From Vicugna vicugna (Eukaryota), in contig MU058290.1 in NCBI GenBank assembly GCA_013265495.1, positions 434,001 through 498,000 on the forward strand: a stretch of 64,000 bases of DNA, given 5' to 3'. The position numbers and the translations under genes were made by a program. The notes under the pieces are model-generated. The model saw only the letters and a program-made list of their open reading frames with translations, did no database searches and was not told the origin of the DNA. Shown piece after piece: positions 52,320 to 64,000 of this stretch (position 1 is the stretch's first letter; each line of letters starts with the position of its first letter).

Positions 52320-52823
52320 CCTTTTTGATTGACAGTATTGTATTATTTCAGGTCCAGCATAGTGATTCAGTAATTTTACAGATTATACTACATTAGAAGT
52401 TATTACACAATAATGGCTATAATTCTCCAGGCTATATGGTATATCCTTGTTGCTTACCTATTGTATACATACTAGTTTGTATTTCGTGATCCTATACTTC
52501 TAACATTATCCTTCCCCCTCCCACTTTCCCTCTCCCCATTGTTAAACATTAGTTTGTTTTCTATATCTATGAGTCTGTTTCTGTTTTGTTATATATTCTT
52601 GATTATTATTATTTTTATTATTATTTTAGATTCCACATATAACTGGTATCATATAGTATTTGTCTTTGTCTGACTTTATTTCACTGGGCAGAATACTCTC
52701 TAGGTCCTTCCATATTGCTGCAAATGGTAGGTATGGAAGCAACCCAAGTGTCCATTAAGAGATGAATGGATGAGGAAGATTATTATACCAGTAACAGTCC
52801 ACTGTAATGGAGTATTACTCAGC
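52320..52823 (-). mobile_element. L1 3' fragment with 5' inversion
   Basis: Antisense 3' UTR at 52320-52730 joined to sense tatggaagcaacccaagtgtcca...gtattactcagcc at 52731-52823. Confidence 0.75.
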
Positions 52824-54649
52824 CAAAACATTTTATTAACATCTTCCTTGTGTCAAGTAGTCTTTTAAGTGCTGGAGAAACAGCTATGGATATGACAGGT
52901 CTTCCGCTTATGGAGCTTATAATAAAGAAGTTAATAGTAAACTTTTAATAGTCTTGCTCAACTTTGATTTGTTTTCCAATACTGGAAATATTTTTGCATT
53001 TTATAAAGAATATTTAATAAACCAAGGAAGCCTTTTCAAGGTGGGAATCCAAGACTTTGAGTCAGGGAAGTCATTGACATCTTTCTGTATAGGGAGATAG
53101 TATCAGGGTTCCTAAGTCAGACCCCCTAGATGGCTGACTGTTTTATTTGACAATTGAGATGGCACCTAAATTGGAAGAACTACTATTTATAGATCCTCAT
53201 TGCCCTTTGGATTGTATAAATATGGATACAGTAAATTAAGCCAGCTAAATGCTTGGCTCTATGTGTTGTCTAAAAATCTGTTAATATTTTTAAAGAAAGA
53301 ATTCACTTATCCTAACAGAACTTTTGAGGAATCATGTCTCCTAATACCTTGTTTGAAAGATATATTTATATTCCAGTCGGATTATTTCTCTGTCCTTTAG
53401 ACATTCCTGTGTCCTTTTTACTCATGATAATAGTGTCAGCCATCTCACGTAATTTAGTTTCTGTAGAGAAATGTCGTTGACAAAGGATTTGTTTTGAATC
53501 ATTATTGATACTTACCCTTTTTGTTTTGGAATATTTACTGGGGATAGCAATTGTCCAATGACAGATTTAGAGTAAATCTTGTATGTACAACAAAAACTCA
53601 TACATGCTGAAAAAAACTGTTACTTCAGAAAGAATAAGTACACATTAAAGCAGGGCTCATTAATCTAACTGAACTGAAAGGCGAATATATGGCGTTGGGA
53701 AAGAAGATATCTCTGAAATGAAAGATTTGTCATATTTCCTTTACTCACCAAGCAACAGAAATCACCCAAATAAATTCTTCTCCAGCAATTTATGAGTTAA
53801 CACGCATCTTCACTCGAAATCTTAAGCCTCTTTGTTTATACCTCTTATTTACCTTTTAGAGAGATAACTAAGTGAAAAATATCCTCCAGAACTTAAGGAA
53901 ACAAGAAGGGAACCTATATTTTTAGGCTTTCTTTTTTTTTTGGCCAGCATTTCATCATAGTATTTTCAGTTTTCTTGAAGATAAGAAAATGCTTCCTATT
54001 AAATTCTTTTTGAAAAAAATTGGAGCACATGTGGCTCACATGTTAGTTTCCCTTTCATCCCTCAGATGAATGCTAAGAAGACGTTCAGAGATGGGAAACA
54101 AAGTATTACTCCATGGAGCAAAAGGCATGTGAGGGACTTCCAAGAAATTGGATGATCCAGTTTGTAATCTTTCATGCAATGCAAAAGGTGACCCCTACAA
54201 GATATTTTTCTCCAGCTTCAAGGCACATGTTCATGGTCAAGATGAAAGCACAGATGAAGGTAATAAATACGCATACTTCCTTGTGTCATGATCTTTTGGG
54301 ACTTGGGACTTTCTCTCTTGATGATTTGTTAGTATTTGTTTAAAAGAGGAGATCATTTAAAATTTTCATTTACTTATAATCAAACACCAAGTCTTAGTAT
54401 TTTCCAAAGAATAGCGAAGATGTGGAATTTGATTCAATTTTTTAAGTTCTCTACTATCCATGTATAATTGCAGGTTCCTGGGGAATAATTAAATAATAAT
54501 TGGGATTGTCATAATAGTTACAATAGGAAGCTTTACCACTGGGTTCCCTGTATCTATTTTGAAGAAGAAGAAATCATTTTTTGTCCATCAGATATCTGTA
54601 CTTGCATAGTTTGTTAGAGATATTTGAGATGCATTTTATTTAGAACAAA

Positions 54650-55025
54650 AAGAATTTACAACTCAAACTCATAAAAATAGAAAGTAGAATAGTGAACTGC
54701 CAGGGGCTGGCAGGGTGAAGGAAATGCGGAGATGTTGGTCAAAGGATATGAACTTCCAGCTATAAGATGAGTAAGTTTAATGTACAGATGGAGACTACAG
54801 TTAGCAAACTATATTATATATTTGAAAGGTGCCAAGAAAGTAGATCTTACATCTTCTCATGACCACCCACCTCCAAAAAAAAAGGTAATTATGTGAGGCA
54901 ACAGAGATATCAACTAACCTTATTGTGGTAATCATTTTACTACATATGTGTATCAAATCATCAGGTTATATACCTTAAACTTATACAATGTTACATGTCA
55001 ATTATATGTCAGTAAACCAGGGGAA
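54650..55025 (+). mobile_element. Old L1 (L1MA/MB-type) 3' end
   Basis: aaactcata...gagatgttggtcaaagg...ttatacaatgttacatgtcaattatat. Confidence 0.7.
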
Positions 55026-55049
55026 AAGTTGGCAGCTTAAGAAATTTAA

Positions 55050-55625
55050 TTGGCTTTCAGTTATTCCACAAATATTTATTGAATACCTATCATATGCCAA
55101 TCACTATTTCAGATACCAGGGATATTATAGAACTCACCCCCAAACTCCTGTCTTCATGGTATCTACATTTTATTGGAAGGAGAAGAAAATAAATAACCTA
55201 AATAAGATAATTACATGTATAGTAGAAAATAATATGGAGAAGAAAAGAAAGCAGGGAAGGAGGAAAGAATGCTAGAATGATGGGATTATAATTTTAAATA
55301 GAGTGGTAAGGAAAGTCTCACAGAAGGTTAGTTAAACAATGTTTTAAAAGTGAAAGGACAAATATTTTTTGATATCTGGGAGAACTGTATTCCAGGCAAA
55401 AAGAATATTTAATTATAGGAGACAGAGGCCAAAGAAAGTATAACATGTTGGAGAAAGAGCAAGGAGGCTGGTGTGGCTGTAGCAGTGTAAGCAATGGGAC
55501 ATGATAGCAGAGAGGAAACAGGGTGAGGGCAGATCAGTCAGGGCTTTGTAGGCTATTGTAAAGACTTTGGCTTGCACTGTAAGAAAGGATCACTGGAAGT
55601 GTTTGAGGGAATAATTAAAAGATCT
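55050..55625. mobile_element. L2 LINE remnant
   Basis: caaatatttattgaatacct...attccaggca...gcaaggaggctggtgtggctg...aagactttgg. Confidence 0.65.
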
Positions 55626-56219
55626 GGCCTGAGGTTTTTTTTTTTTTTTAATTTCAAAATGAAAAAAAAATGTGTTTTTTCATATAACTGTAGCTCATTT
55701 TTCCTTGCTGTATAATATTTCTTTGAATGACTATACCACAAGTCTTTACCCTATTGTTGGGATTTTTGAGTTGCTTCTAGTTTAGGGCTGTAATGAATAA
55801 CACTGCAATGAATAGTATTCTGCATATCTCTTGGTGTATATTTGCAGGTATTTATATTACATATATATAATATATATATATATATGTATATATATATTAT
55901 ATATATATGTAAAATGATGAAATCAAGGGGACACCTATGTTAAACTTTAACAGATAACGTCAGAAAGTATTCCAAAATGTTTGCCAAATGTACCCTCTCA
56001 TGAGTAGTAGATGACAACCCCATTATTTTGCATTATTTGCTGGTCCTTGGCTATGTCAGTTTTTTTTTTTGTTTGTTTTTGTTTTTGTTTTCTTTTAACA
56101 TTTAGATACATCCTGTGTTATATTTGGACATACTCTTTTTTGTGAAATGACTTTTTAAAGTCTTGTCCATTTTTCTGTTGGGAATCTGTTGTTACTTTAA
56201 AGATTTAAGAAATTTATTC

Positions 56220-57040
56220 TGAAAACATCTGATCTTGCTCCTGGACTTAGGGGGATCATTGAGTATAATGTTAGCTGTGAGTTTTTCATAAATATTCTTT
56301 GTCAGTTTGAGGAAATTCCTTTCTATCCCTAGTTTGTTGAGCGTTTTTGCCATGAAAGGGTGTTGGCTTTTATCAAATGCTTTTTCTGCTTCTACTGAGA
56401 TGATCATGTGGTTTGCTCCCTTTAATCTACTAATACAGTGTATTATATTACTTGATTTTCATAAGTTGAATTGTCCTTGCATTCCTGGGATAAATCCCAC
56501 TTGGTCATGGTGTATAATTCTTTTAATATGCTAGTGAATTCTGTTTGCTAGTATTTGTTGATGATTTTTGCATCTGTATTCACTAGGGATATTGGTCTGT
56601 GGTTTTCTTATCTTGTCATGTCTTTTTCTGGCTTTGGTATTAGGATAATACTAGACTTTTGAATGAGTTATGAAATGCTTATTCCTATTTTTTGAAGAGT
56701 TTGAGAAGGATTTCTTCCTTCAGTGTTAGAGTTCACCAGTGAAGCCATCTGGTCCTTGAGTTATTTTTGTTCTAGGTTTCTGATTACTCTTTTAATCTCC
56801 TTACTTGTTAAAGGTCTATTCAGATGTCTATATCTTTTTGAGATATACATTTGGTAGTTTGTGTGTTTTTAGGGATTTGTTGATTTCATCTAGGTTATAT
56901 AATTTGTTGGCTTTTATAATCTTTATTTCTGTAAAGTTGGTAGTAATGTCCACACTTTAATTTATGACGTATGTTATTTGAGTTTTTCTCTTCTTTCTTT
57001 GTCACTATAACTAAAGTTTATCAATTTTGTTGAACTTTCT
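56220..57040 (-). mobile_element. LINE-1 ORF2 (RT region) fragment
   Basis: [50 protein letters not shown]. Confidence 0.85.
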
Positions 57041-57374
57041 ATATTTTTTCTTTCTAAACCACATATGATTCTTAAAAGATTTTTTCTACTTTTTCTTTAA
57101 AGCCAGACCTTGTTCTAAACATTCTGTAATTACTAACTTACATTAATTCTCTAAACTAAACTATTGTTATTATCTATCTATCTACCTGTCTTTTTCAATG
57201 AGCACTTTGTGAGGCATTCGCTTACCAAGTAATTTTACTAAATTCTTACAATATAGTGTAAATTTTGTCTACCCATTATAAATGAGGATTTGTGACACTG
57301 AGTGGTTATGTAATCTGCTGAAGCTAACACAGCTAGTTAAGTGGTGAGCTGATATCAAAACTCATGTAGTTTTG

Positions 57375-59227
57375 CTCATTCTATGAAGCCACCATCACTC
57401 TGATACCAAAACCAGGCAAAGACACTACCAAAAAAGAGAATTATAGGCCAATATCACTGATGAACATAGATGCAAAAATCCTCACCAAAATATTAGCAAA
57501 TAGAATCCAACAACACATAAAAAAGATTATACATCATGACCAAGTGGGGTTCATCCCAGGCCTGGATGGAAGAATCAATATTGTTAAAATGGTCACACTG
57601 CCCAAGGCAATCTACAGATTTAATGCACTCCCTATCAAATTATCCAGGACATATTTCACAGAACTAGAACAAATCATAATAAAATTTACATGGAACCACA
57701 AAAGACCTAGAATTTCCAAAGCATTACTGAAGAGAAAGAAAGAGGCTGGAAGAATAACTCTCCCAGACTTCAGACAATACTATAGAGCTACAGTAATCTA
57801 GACAGCATGGTATTGGTACCAAAACAGACATATAGACCAATGGAACAGAACAGAGAGCCCAGAAATGAACCCCCAAACTTTTGGTCAACTAACCTTCGAC
57901 AAAGGAGGCAAGAATATACAATGGAATAAGGACAGTCTCTTCAGCAAATAGTGTTGGGAAAACTGGACAGCAGCATGTAAAGCAATGAAACTAGAATACT
58001 CCCTTACACCATACACAAAAATAAACTCAAGATGGAACAAAGACTTAAACATAAGACAAGATACAATAAACCTCCTAGAAGAGAATATAGGCAAAACATT
58101 ATCTGACATACATCTCAAAAATATTCTCCTAGGACAGTATATCCAAACAATAGAAATAAAAGCAAGAATAAACAAATGGGACCTAATGAAACTTACAAGC
58201 TTCTGCACAGCAAAGGAAAACATAAGGAAAATGAAAAAACAACCTATGGAATAGAAGAAAAATTTTGCAAATGAAACTGACAGAGGCTTGATCTCCAGAA
58301 TATATATGCAGCTCATACGACTTAATAAGAAAAAAACAACCTAATCCAAAAATGGGCAAAAGACCTAAACAAGCAATTCTCCAAGGAAGACATACAAATG
58401 ATCAATAGGCACATGAAAAAATGCTCNNNNNNNNNNNNNNNNNNNNNNNNNNNNNNNNNNNNNNNNNNNNNNNNNNNNNNNNNNNNNNNNNNNNNNNNNN
58501 NNNNNNNNNNNNNNNNNNNNNNNNNNNNNNNNNNNNNNNNNNNNNNNNNNNNNNNNNNNNNNNNNNNNNNNNNNNNNNNNNNNNNNNNNNNNNNNNNNNN
58601 NNNNNNNNNNNNNNNNNNNNNNNNNNNNNNNNNNNNNNNNNNNNNNNNNNNNNNNNNNNNNNNNTGCACCCCAATGTTCATAGCAGCACTGTTTACAACA
58701 GCCAAGACAGGGAAACAGCCTAAATGTCCATCAACAGATGACTGGATAAAGAAGATGTGGTATATTTATACAATGGAATGCTATTCAGCCATAAAAACCA
58801 ACAACATAACGCCATTTGCAGCAACATGGATGTTCCTGGAGAATGTCATTCTAAGTGAAGTAAGCCAGAAAGAGAAAGAAAAATACCATATGAGATTGCT
58901 CATATGTGGAATCTAAAAATCAAAACAAAGCATAAATACAAAACAGAAACAGACTCATAGACATAGAATACAAACTTGTGGTTGCCAAGGGGGTGGGGGT
59001 GGGAAGGGACAGACTGGGATTTCAAAATGTAGAATAGATAAACAAGATTATTGTATAGCACAGGGAAATATACACAAGGTCTTGTGGTAGCTCACAGTGA
59101 AAAAAAAATGTGACAATGAATATATATATGTTCATGTATAACTGAAAAATTGTGCTCTACACTAGAATTTGGCACAACATTGTAAAATGACTATTACTCA
59201 ATAAAAAATGTTAAAAAACAAAAAACA
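57375..59227 (+). mobile_element. Young 5'-truncated LINE-1 with perfect 18-bp TSD and an internal RT deletion
   Basis: TSD aaaactcatgtagttttg at 57357-57374 and 59228-59245; ORF2 motifs; AATAAA followed by an A-rich tail. Confidence 0.95.
58427..58664. other. Assembly gap (238 N) inside the L1
   Basis: Run of n characters. Confidence 1.
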
Positions 59228-60081
59228 AAAACTCATGTAGTTTTGTTCGGGAGTATAATCTCATAGTCATGTATATACTTCATATATCCATCACTGTCTT
59301 CCTTTTTTAGTCTCTGAAGTCTGTGAGTATTTTGAACTTCTTTATTTGCCCAAGCCTGGGCCCAACGCTTGGCACATAAGAGACACCCAATAAATGTTTG
59401 GGAGATGAATAAAATTTTGAAAAATGAATAAGTGAGTGAAAGAATGTTTCTAAGGAGGGAAAGAATATTGTGGGATAGAGAAAATATATGATTACAGTAT
59501 CTAAATACCACCTTTGCATATGTGTGGGATGGGGAGATAGTGTGCATTTTTATCAATATTAAACCATAGCTCAGGGAGTTCCTATAATAATAATGTGAAC
59601 AGAATTCAGTTTCTAGGGTGGGATGTAGTTTTAGGGTCAATAATATCATTCATTTGTGCCTAAACTGTTAAAGACAGTCTCAGGCAGCTTGTGTTATCGA
59701 ATGAAAATCAAGAGGAAAATCAGGAAAAGTTCCTGGATGCATAAATAGAGTGGCCTTGAATGATACAGAGAAAGCTAAAGACACAACTATTGAGGAACAG
59801 TTTGTTGAAATACACAAGCTGTGTCAATTTCCCCCACACAGGGCTGATACTGACTACTCTGAGGAGACTGTTTTAGGGAGACAGTTTCAAAGGCCTGAGA
59901 CTCACCAGACCAAATCTCTCTCAAAATACCTCTTCTAGTGCACTGTATTCCCAGAAATAACACCATTAGTGCCTTTTGCACATACAAGTGTTTATCATTT
60001 TAAGTTGCGTACCACTATAGTTATTTGCTCTTTGCATTTACACTATGTCAGAAAATTGGCAAATATAGAAAACAGTGTTAA

Positions 60082-60586
60082 TGTTGCCAAGTCCAAATTC
60101 ACTCTGCTCACTGCATGACAAGCCAAGGTGTTGGGGCCAGGAATAATGATTTTATACAGAAAGCCAGCAGACAGAGAAGATGGCAGACTAATGTCCTGGA
60201 GAACCATCTTACCGAAGTCAGAATTCAGGCCTTTTACACTAAAAAGGGGAGAGGGTGTAGTTAGTTGTTTCAAACTTCTTAGTGTCAGAATCCTTTGTTC
60301 TTTCAGCTGTCATGTAGGTAGGTCAGGTCATCATGTTCCTGTAAACCTCCAACAACACAAATGTTATTCTCTGTTTTGCAACTTTTTATCTTTATATGAA
60401 TGGAAAAGCGTTGTACTCTTAAAGGTTAAGCTTGAGAATGGGGTATCCTATATATTTCAGGCTATAGGCAACATTCCTTTGCAAAAGGTGAAGAACCAAC
60501 ATGACTGAGCACAGGAAATGGGAGCTCTGGGTTAGAGCTAAAGGAAGAGATCTAACATGGAGGCAGATTTATTCTTCCCTGTTAAA
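60082..60586 (-). mobile_element. Solo ERV1-type LTR with 4-bp TSD
   Basis: tgttgccaag...ccctgttaaa flanked by ttaa at 60078-60081 and 60587-60590. Orientation is inferred. Confidence 0.7.
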
Positions 60587-63500
60587 TTAATGGCACCACT
60601 AGTCCATATAAGTCATATTGTTATTAATACCTTACTGTGTATTCCCCATTTTTTTCATTTCTAATTCTTTTCTAAGTATACTATAACAATTTTGAATCTT
60701 ACTTTTCTCACTTAATAGCATCTCTTAAGTCTTTACTCATATTTTGGGACAGTCTTTAAAACTATCTTCTTACTGGTAAGACATTCTATCATGTGTAAAT
60801 ACTATAATGGTCTTAACAATTTATTTACTGGTGACTGTGTAATTTATTTACAATTTCAGATTATTCTCTAGGGCTGACTTTCTATGAGGAAGCTTGAGGA
60901 ATTGAGATAGATAAGAGAAAATGCAGATTATATAAAGGAGAACAGGTTGGAGGAGAGCGCCCAAAACCAAGAAGCGGAAACTTCTGTCATACTTAAGTCT
61001 ATTTATGTGATTAGTTTAAGCCACGGTGCTATTAAAAGGACACTGATGAGGTCTCAAAAACTACACATGCAGCACTTGTGTCCTAAATGAGCTCTAGGCA
61101 GCAAGTAAAATCTCCAAGAACATTTATAGGAAATACAAGATATAAAAAGTTTGCTTGTGTATCTGTGCATTTTATGTATGCTTTATTTTGTTCTTGAAGG
61201 TATATCAGTTCTGAACCAGTTTTAGTTTTGAGGATGGGGTCTGTCATCCAAGTTCTTTCCAGATTTTGCTGCTGAAAGTTCACCAGTGGCTGCTTCAGCT
61301 AGTAGCACCGAGACTCCAGACCAGAGTCCCATTTTGCTTCACTTCCTGAAGCAACATCCCCCCATTTCACTGAGAGAAGAATTAGATACAAAGAATACAG
61401 CTTCTTTAACACTGTCAAGTTGATATTTTTGAGTTAACATTTTAAAAAAAATTTGGTAGGAAGAAAATGACAAGCTTATCATAGTAAATTTGTAAAACAT
61501 ATCAAGAAGCAGAGCAAAATCACCTATAATTTTACTAAAAGATTGCAACTGTGAAATTTTCTATGTAATTCCTTCCTGTATTTTCTTAGTTACAAAATAA
61601 GTTTGGAAACACTTATGTAAGTCTTTTCTATTTTGGAAAAAAAGATTAAGCAGCATTATATTGTTAACATTTTCCCTACTCATCAGTTATATTTCAAAAT
61701 ATGATTTTGAGTATCTGTTTGATATCTGTACAATATTCTGTAATTTGAACATATGATAATTCACTTAATCTTTAATAACTGAACATTTGGACATGTATGA
61801 CCTTAATGTTATTATCATTATTTTATTTTCCTTAAATCTATAAATTTATTTGGGATAAAATGACAGATTAACATCATTTACTCGTTACATATAGAAACAT
61901 GGTAGGTATCTCCATTTATTCATTTTCTTTTCCTGTTTAAAGTTAAGTATTTGCAGTTTTCCTTGTATACACTTCACAGATTTTTGGTGAGTTTATTTAG
62001 AGGTGTACTACATTTTGTTGTTATTATGAATGGCATTTTCTTTCCATTACATTCTTTCTGATTATTATTTTTTATATTTTTACTTTGCATGAGGCCACCA
62101 TTTTAAAGTTTCTTACTGCTTTTAATCATTTTTTGAAATCATTTTTGTGAAAACTCACATCATGAAAAATATCTGCTAGCACTTGGTAAAAAAATAGGCA
62201 AAGAAATAAGTACTGGGCTGAGCAGATTTCTGAGTTTCAATTCAGGAGATAACTGATGAGTATTAATGGGCTGTCTTTTAATCCCTAACTTCTCCCTCTT
62301 TCTTTTGGGAGAACTGGAGGATTAAACAGTTGCCTCCCCTTTTATTCAGTACTTCTAATGAGAGAAGATGAGGAAGGCTGCATGCTCACTTCCTCTCTCC
62401 TCTACTGAGGAATACTGTGTAAGGGTCTGCAGGTTGTTCCTGGCATAAGGGAGCCTGTCCAAAAGAGAAAGTGGTGCCTGCCACCCAGCCTGTGCCCTGG
62501 GAGCAGAAATGTGCCCCTTGATGTGTGTGAGAGTTTCCCCTGAGGAAGTGGGACATAAAAGAACTTCTGATTAAGACCTACGCTGAGGAGCTGCTGCTTT
62601 GTGATTTACGCAAAGGGCTTTGCAGAATAGCCTTGCACTCGTCATACTATTACTTTATGTAGAGCCTGACTTTTATTTCCCTTGCGTAGCTAAAATGAAG
62701 ATAGACAAGTGAATCTGGTCTTTTTTTGTGCTCCTGTGGAACTGGGTGCAATTTCATTAGTAGATAAGATTGTGCCCTCTCAAAGTAAGAATTATTTTCT
62801 TAGATGGAATAAGATGATTTCAGGCCACTTTGAAGATTAACTGGAGAGTAATATACCTCATTTCAAACATTGGCTATACTATCTTATTTCTGTCCTCAGA
62901 CTCACACACATTATCCTCTCTGCATGGCTAATTTTCATTCTAATACATACAGGGAGAAAAGCACTTTAAAAAAATCATAAAGCATTTAAAATACAAGTTA
63001 TTATTGCTTCATTAGGTTTTTTTTTGCCAGGTAATCTTATTTCCAATAATCTTATTTCTGTTTTGTTTCAGTATATTTATTCTTTTGTATTGAGTGCTCC
63101 TGGGTGGTACTAATATAAGGAAGGAATATATCAAATTGCATCACCCTAAAAGAACCCAAACAGTAACCAGTTGGAGAAAACTATTTTCACAAGATCCTGT
63201 TCAAAAATTGGTTTTGCTAAGAAGAAGTTTTTCTATAAGCACTTGAGGACGAATCTCAAACCCCAAAGGTCCCACATATGGACAAAATTATTCTGAATAA
63301 GGAAGGGAGAGATGTTCTGGTCACTCGTGTGGGTGGTAGGGAGAGGATGAGAAATGAAGAGAAAGAGGCAGCATGAGGTATAATATGAGAAAGTGATTGG
63401 GTGTTCAGCACGGTGGTCATTCTCAACCCCACCCTACAGTCAAGTTTATAAACCTACACAAAGCTAGAACGACTTTGATTCTGGATAAAATGTTGAAGGG

Positions 63501-63593
63501 CATGAGTCTCCCATGCAGACTGATGTGATCAAAATAAGACAGCAGGTGGATTAGGAGTGAGAGGAGGGAAGCACACATGACCCTGCTTGTATG

Positions 63594-63617
63594 GGTGTGT
63601 GTGTGTGTGTGTGTGTG
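63594..63617. repeat. (TG)n microsatellite
   Basis: Visible TG run. Confidence 0.9.
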
Positions 63618-63907
63618 AAATCTGCAAAAGATAGAAACTGAGTGGTTGACATCTGGGTTATATACTGTTTTTTCTTGAAAAATGCTTGAGAATGTCTGGC
63701 ATTTTCCTGTTCCCATGCAGACAAGAAAAGAGACATGAATATAATAAAGCCTAGTACACAAGATCTATGCAAATTCTGGTAAGGTCTTATTTGCTATTTG
63801 CTTCACTGAGATGCATCCCTACAAATATTCCAGGGACTATAGGAATTTACTTAAAACCAAACCTCCTATAATTTTTTATCACTATATGTCCTACATATAT
63901 TTGGATT

Positions 63908-64000
63908 CTAGTGTTTGAGAGGCTGTCCTTGACCAGATATCATGATCCTGAACAGTCTTTTCAGGGCCTCTTTCATCTCTTTATTCCGGAGGCTGTAGAT
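63908..64000 (-). CDS. C-terminus of a further olfactory receptor (partial, runs off the window)
   Basis: The reverse complement reads IYSLRNKEMKEALKRLFRIMISGQGQPLKH*. Whether the gene is intact cannot be seen. Confidence 0.85.
   Translation of the reverse strand: MYSLRNKEMKEALKRLFRIMISGQGQPLKH

Noticed and set aside
58322..58916. ORFs containing X runs
   Set aside because: They are artefacts of the N gap within L1 ORF2.
1..64000. A TLR11 remnant, considered because I recall mouse Tlr11 lying among Or11 genes
   Set aside because: I found no LRR or TIR motifs in the ORF track or in the segments I read. A tBLASTn search would be needed to exclude a decayed copy.
1..64000. CRISPR arrays, tRNA/rRNA genes or prokaryote-type systems
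   Set aside because: This is mammalian repeat-rich DNA. I saw no regularly spaced repeats or recognisable structural RNA genes.

Overview
AT-rich mammalian DNA containing part of an olfactory receptor family 11 (OR11) cluster. The host is probably a camelid, inferred from the young L1 3' ends and the absence of recognisable ruminant or pig SINEs. On the minus strand there are three intact single-exon OR CDSs (11399-12334, OR11G2-like; 44365-45333; 50455-51408), a frameshifted OR11G paralogue (25029-25951) and the C-terminus of a fifth OR at the right edge. A heavily decayed OR11H-like relic lies on the plus strand at ~7920-8390. The rest is mostly L1, L2, MIR, Tigger and LTR debris, plus one assembly gap. 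The most unusual structure is a rearranged gammaretrovirus-like ERV (37156-42767) that forms nested inverted repeats. Its two outer arms share a ~727-bp almost identical core inside much more diverged flanks, which suggests arm-to-arm gene conversion. The two OR11G paralogues also share an apparent conversion tract. I see no convincing new protein-coding system. All alignments and counts were done by eye, and repeat family names are from memory of consensus sequences.
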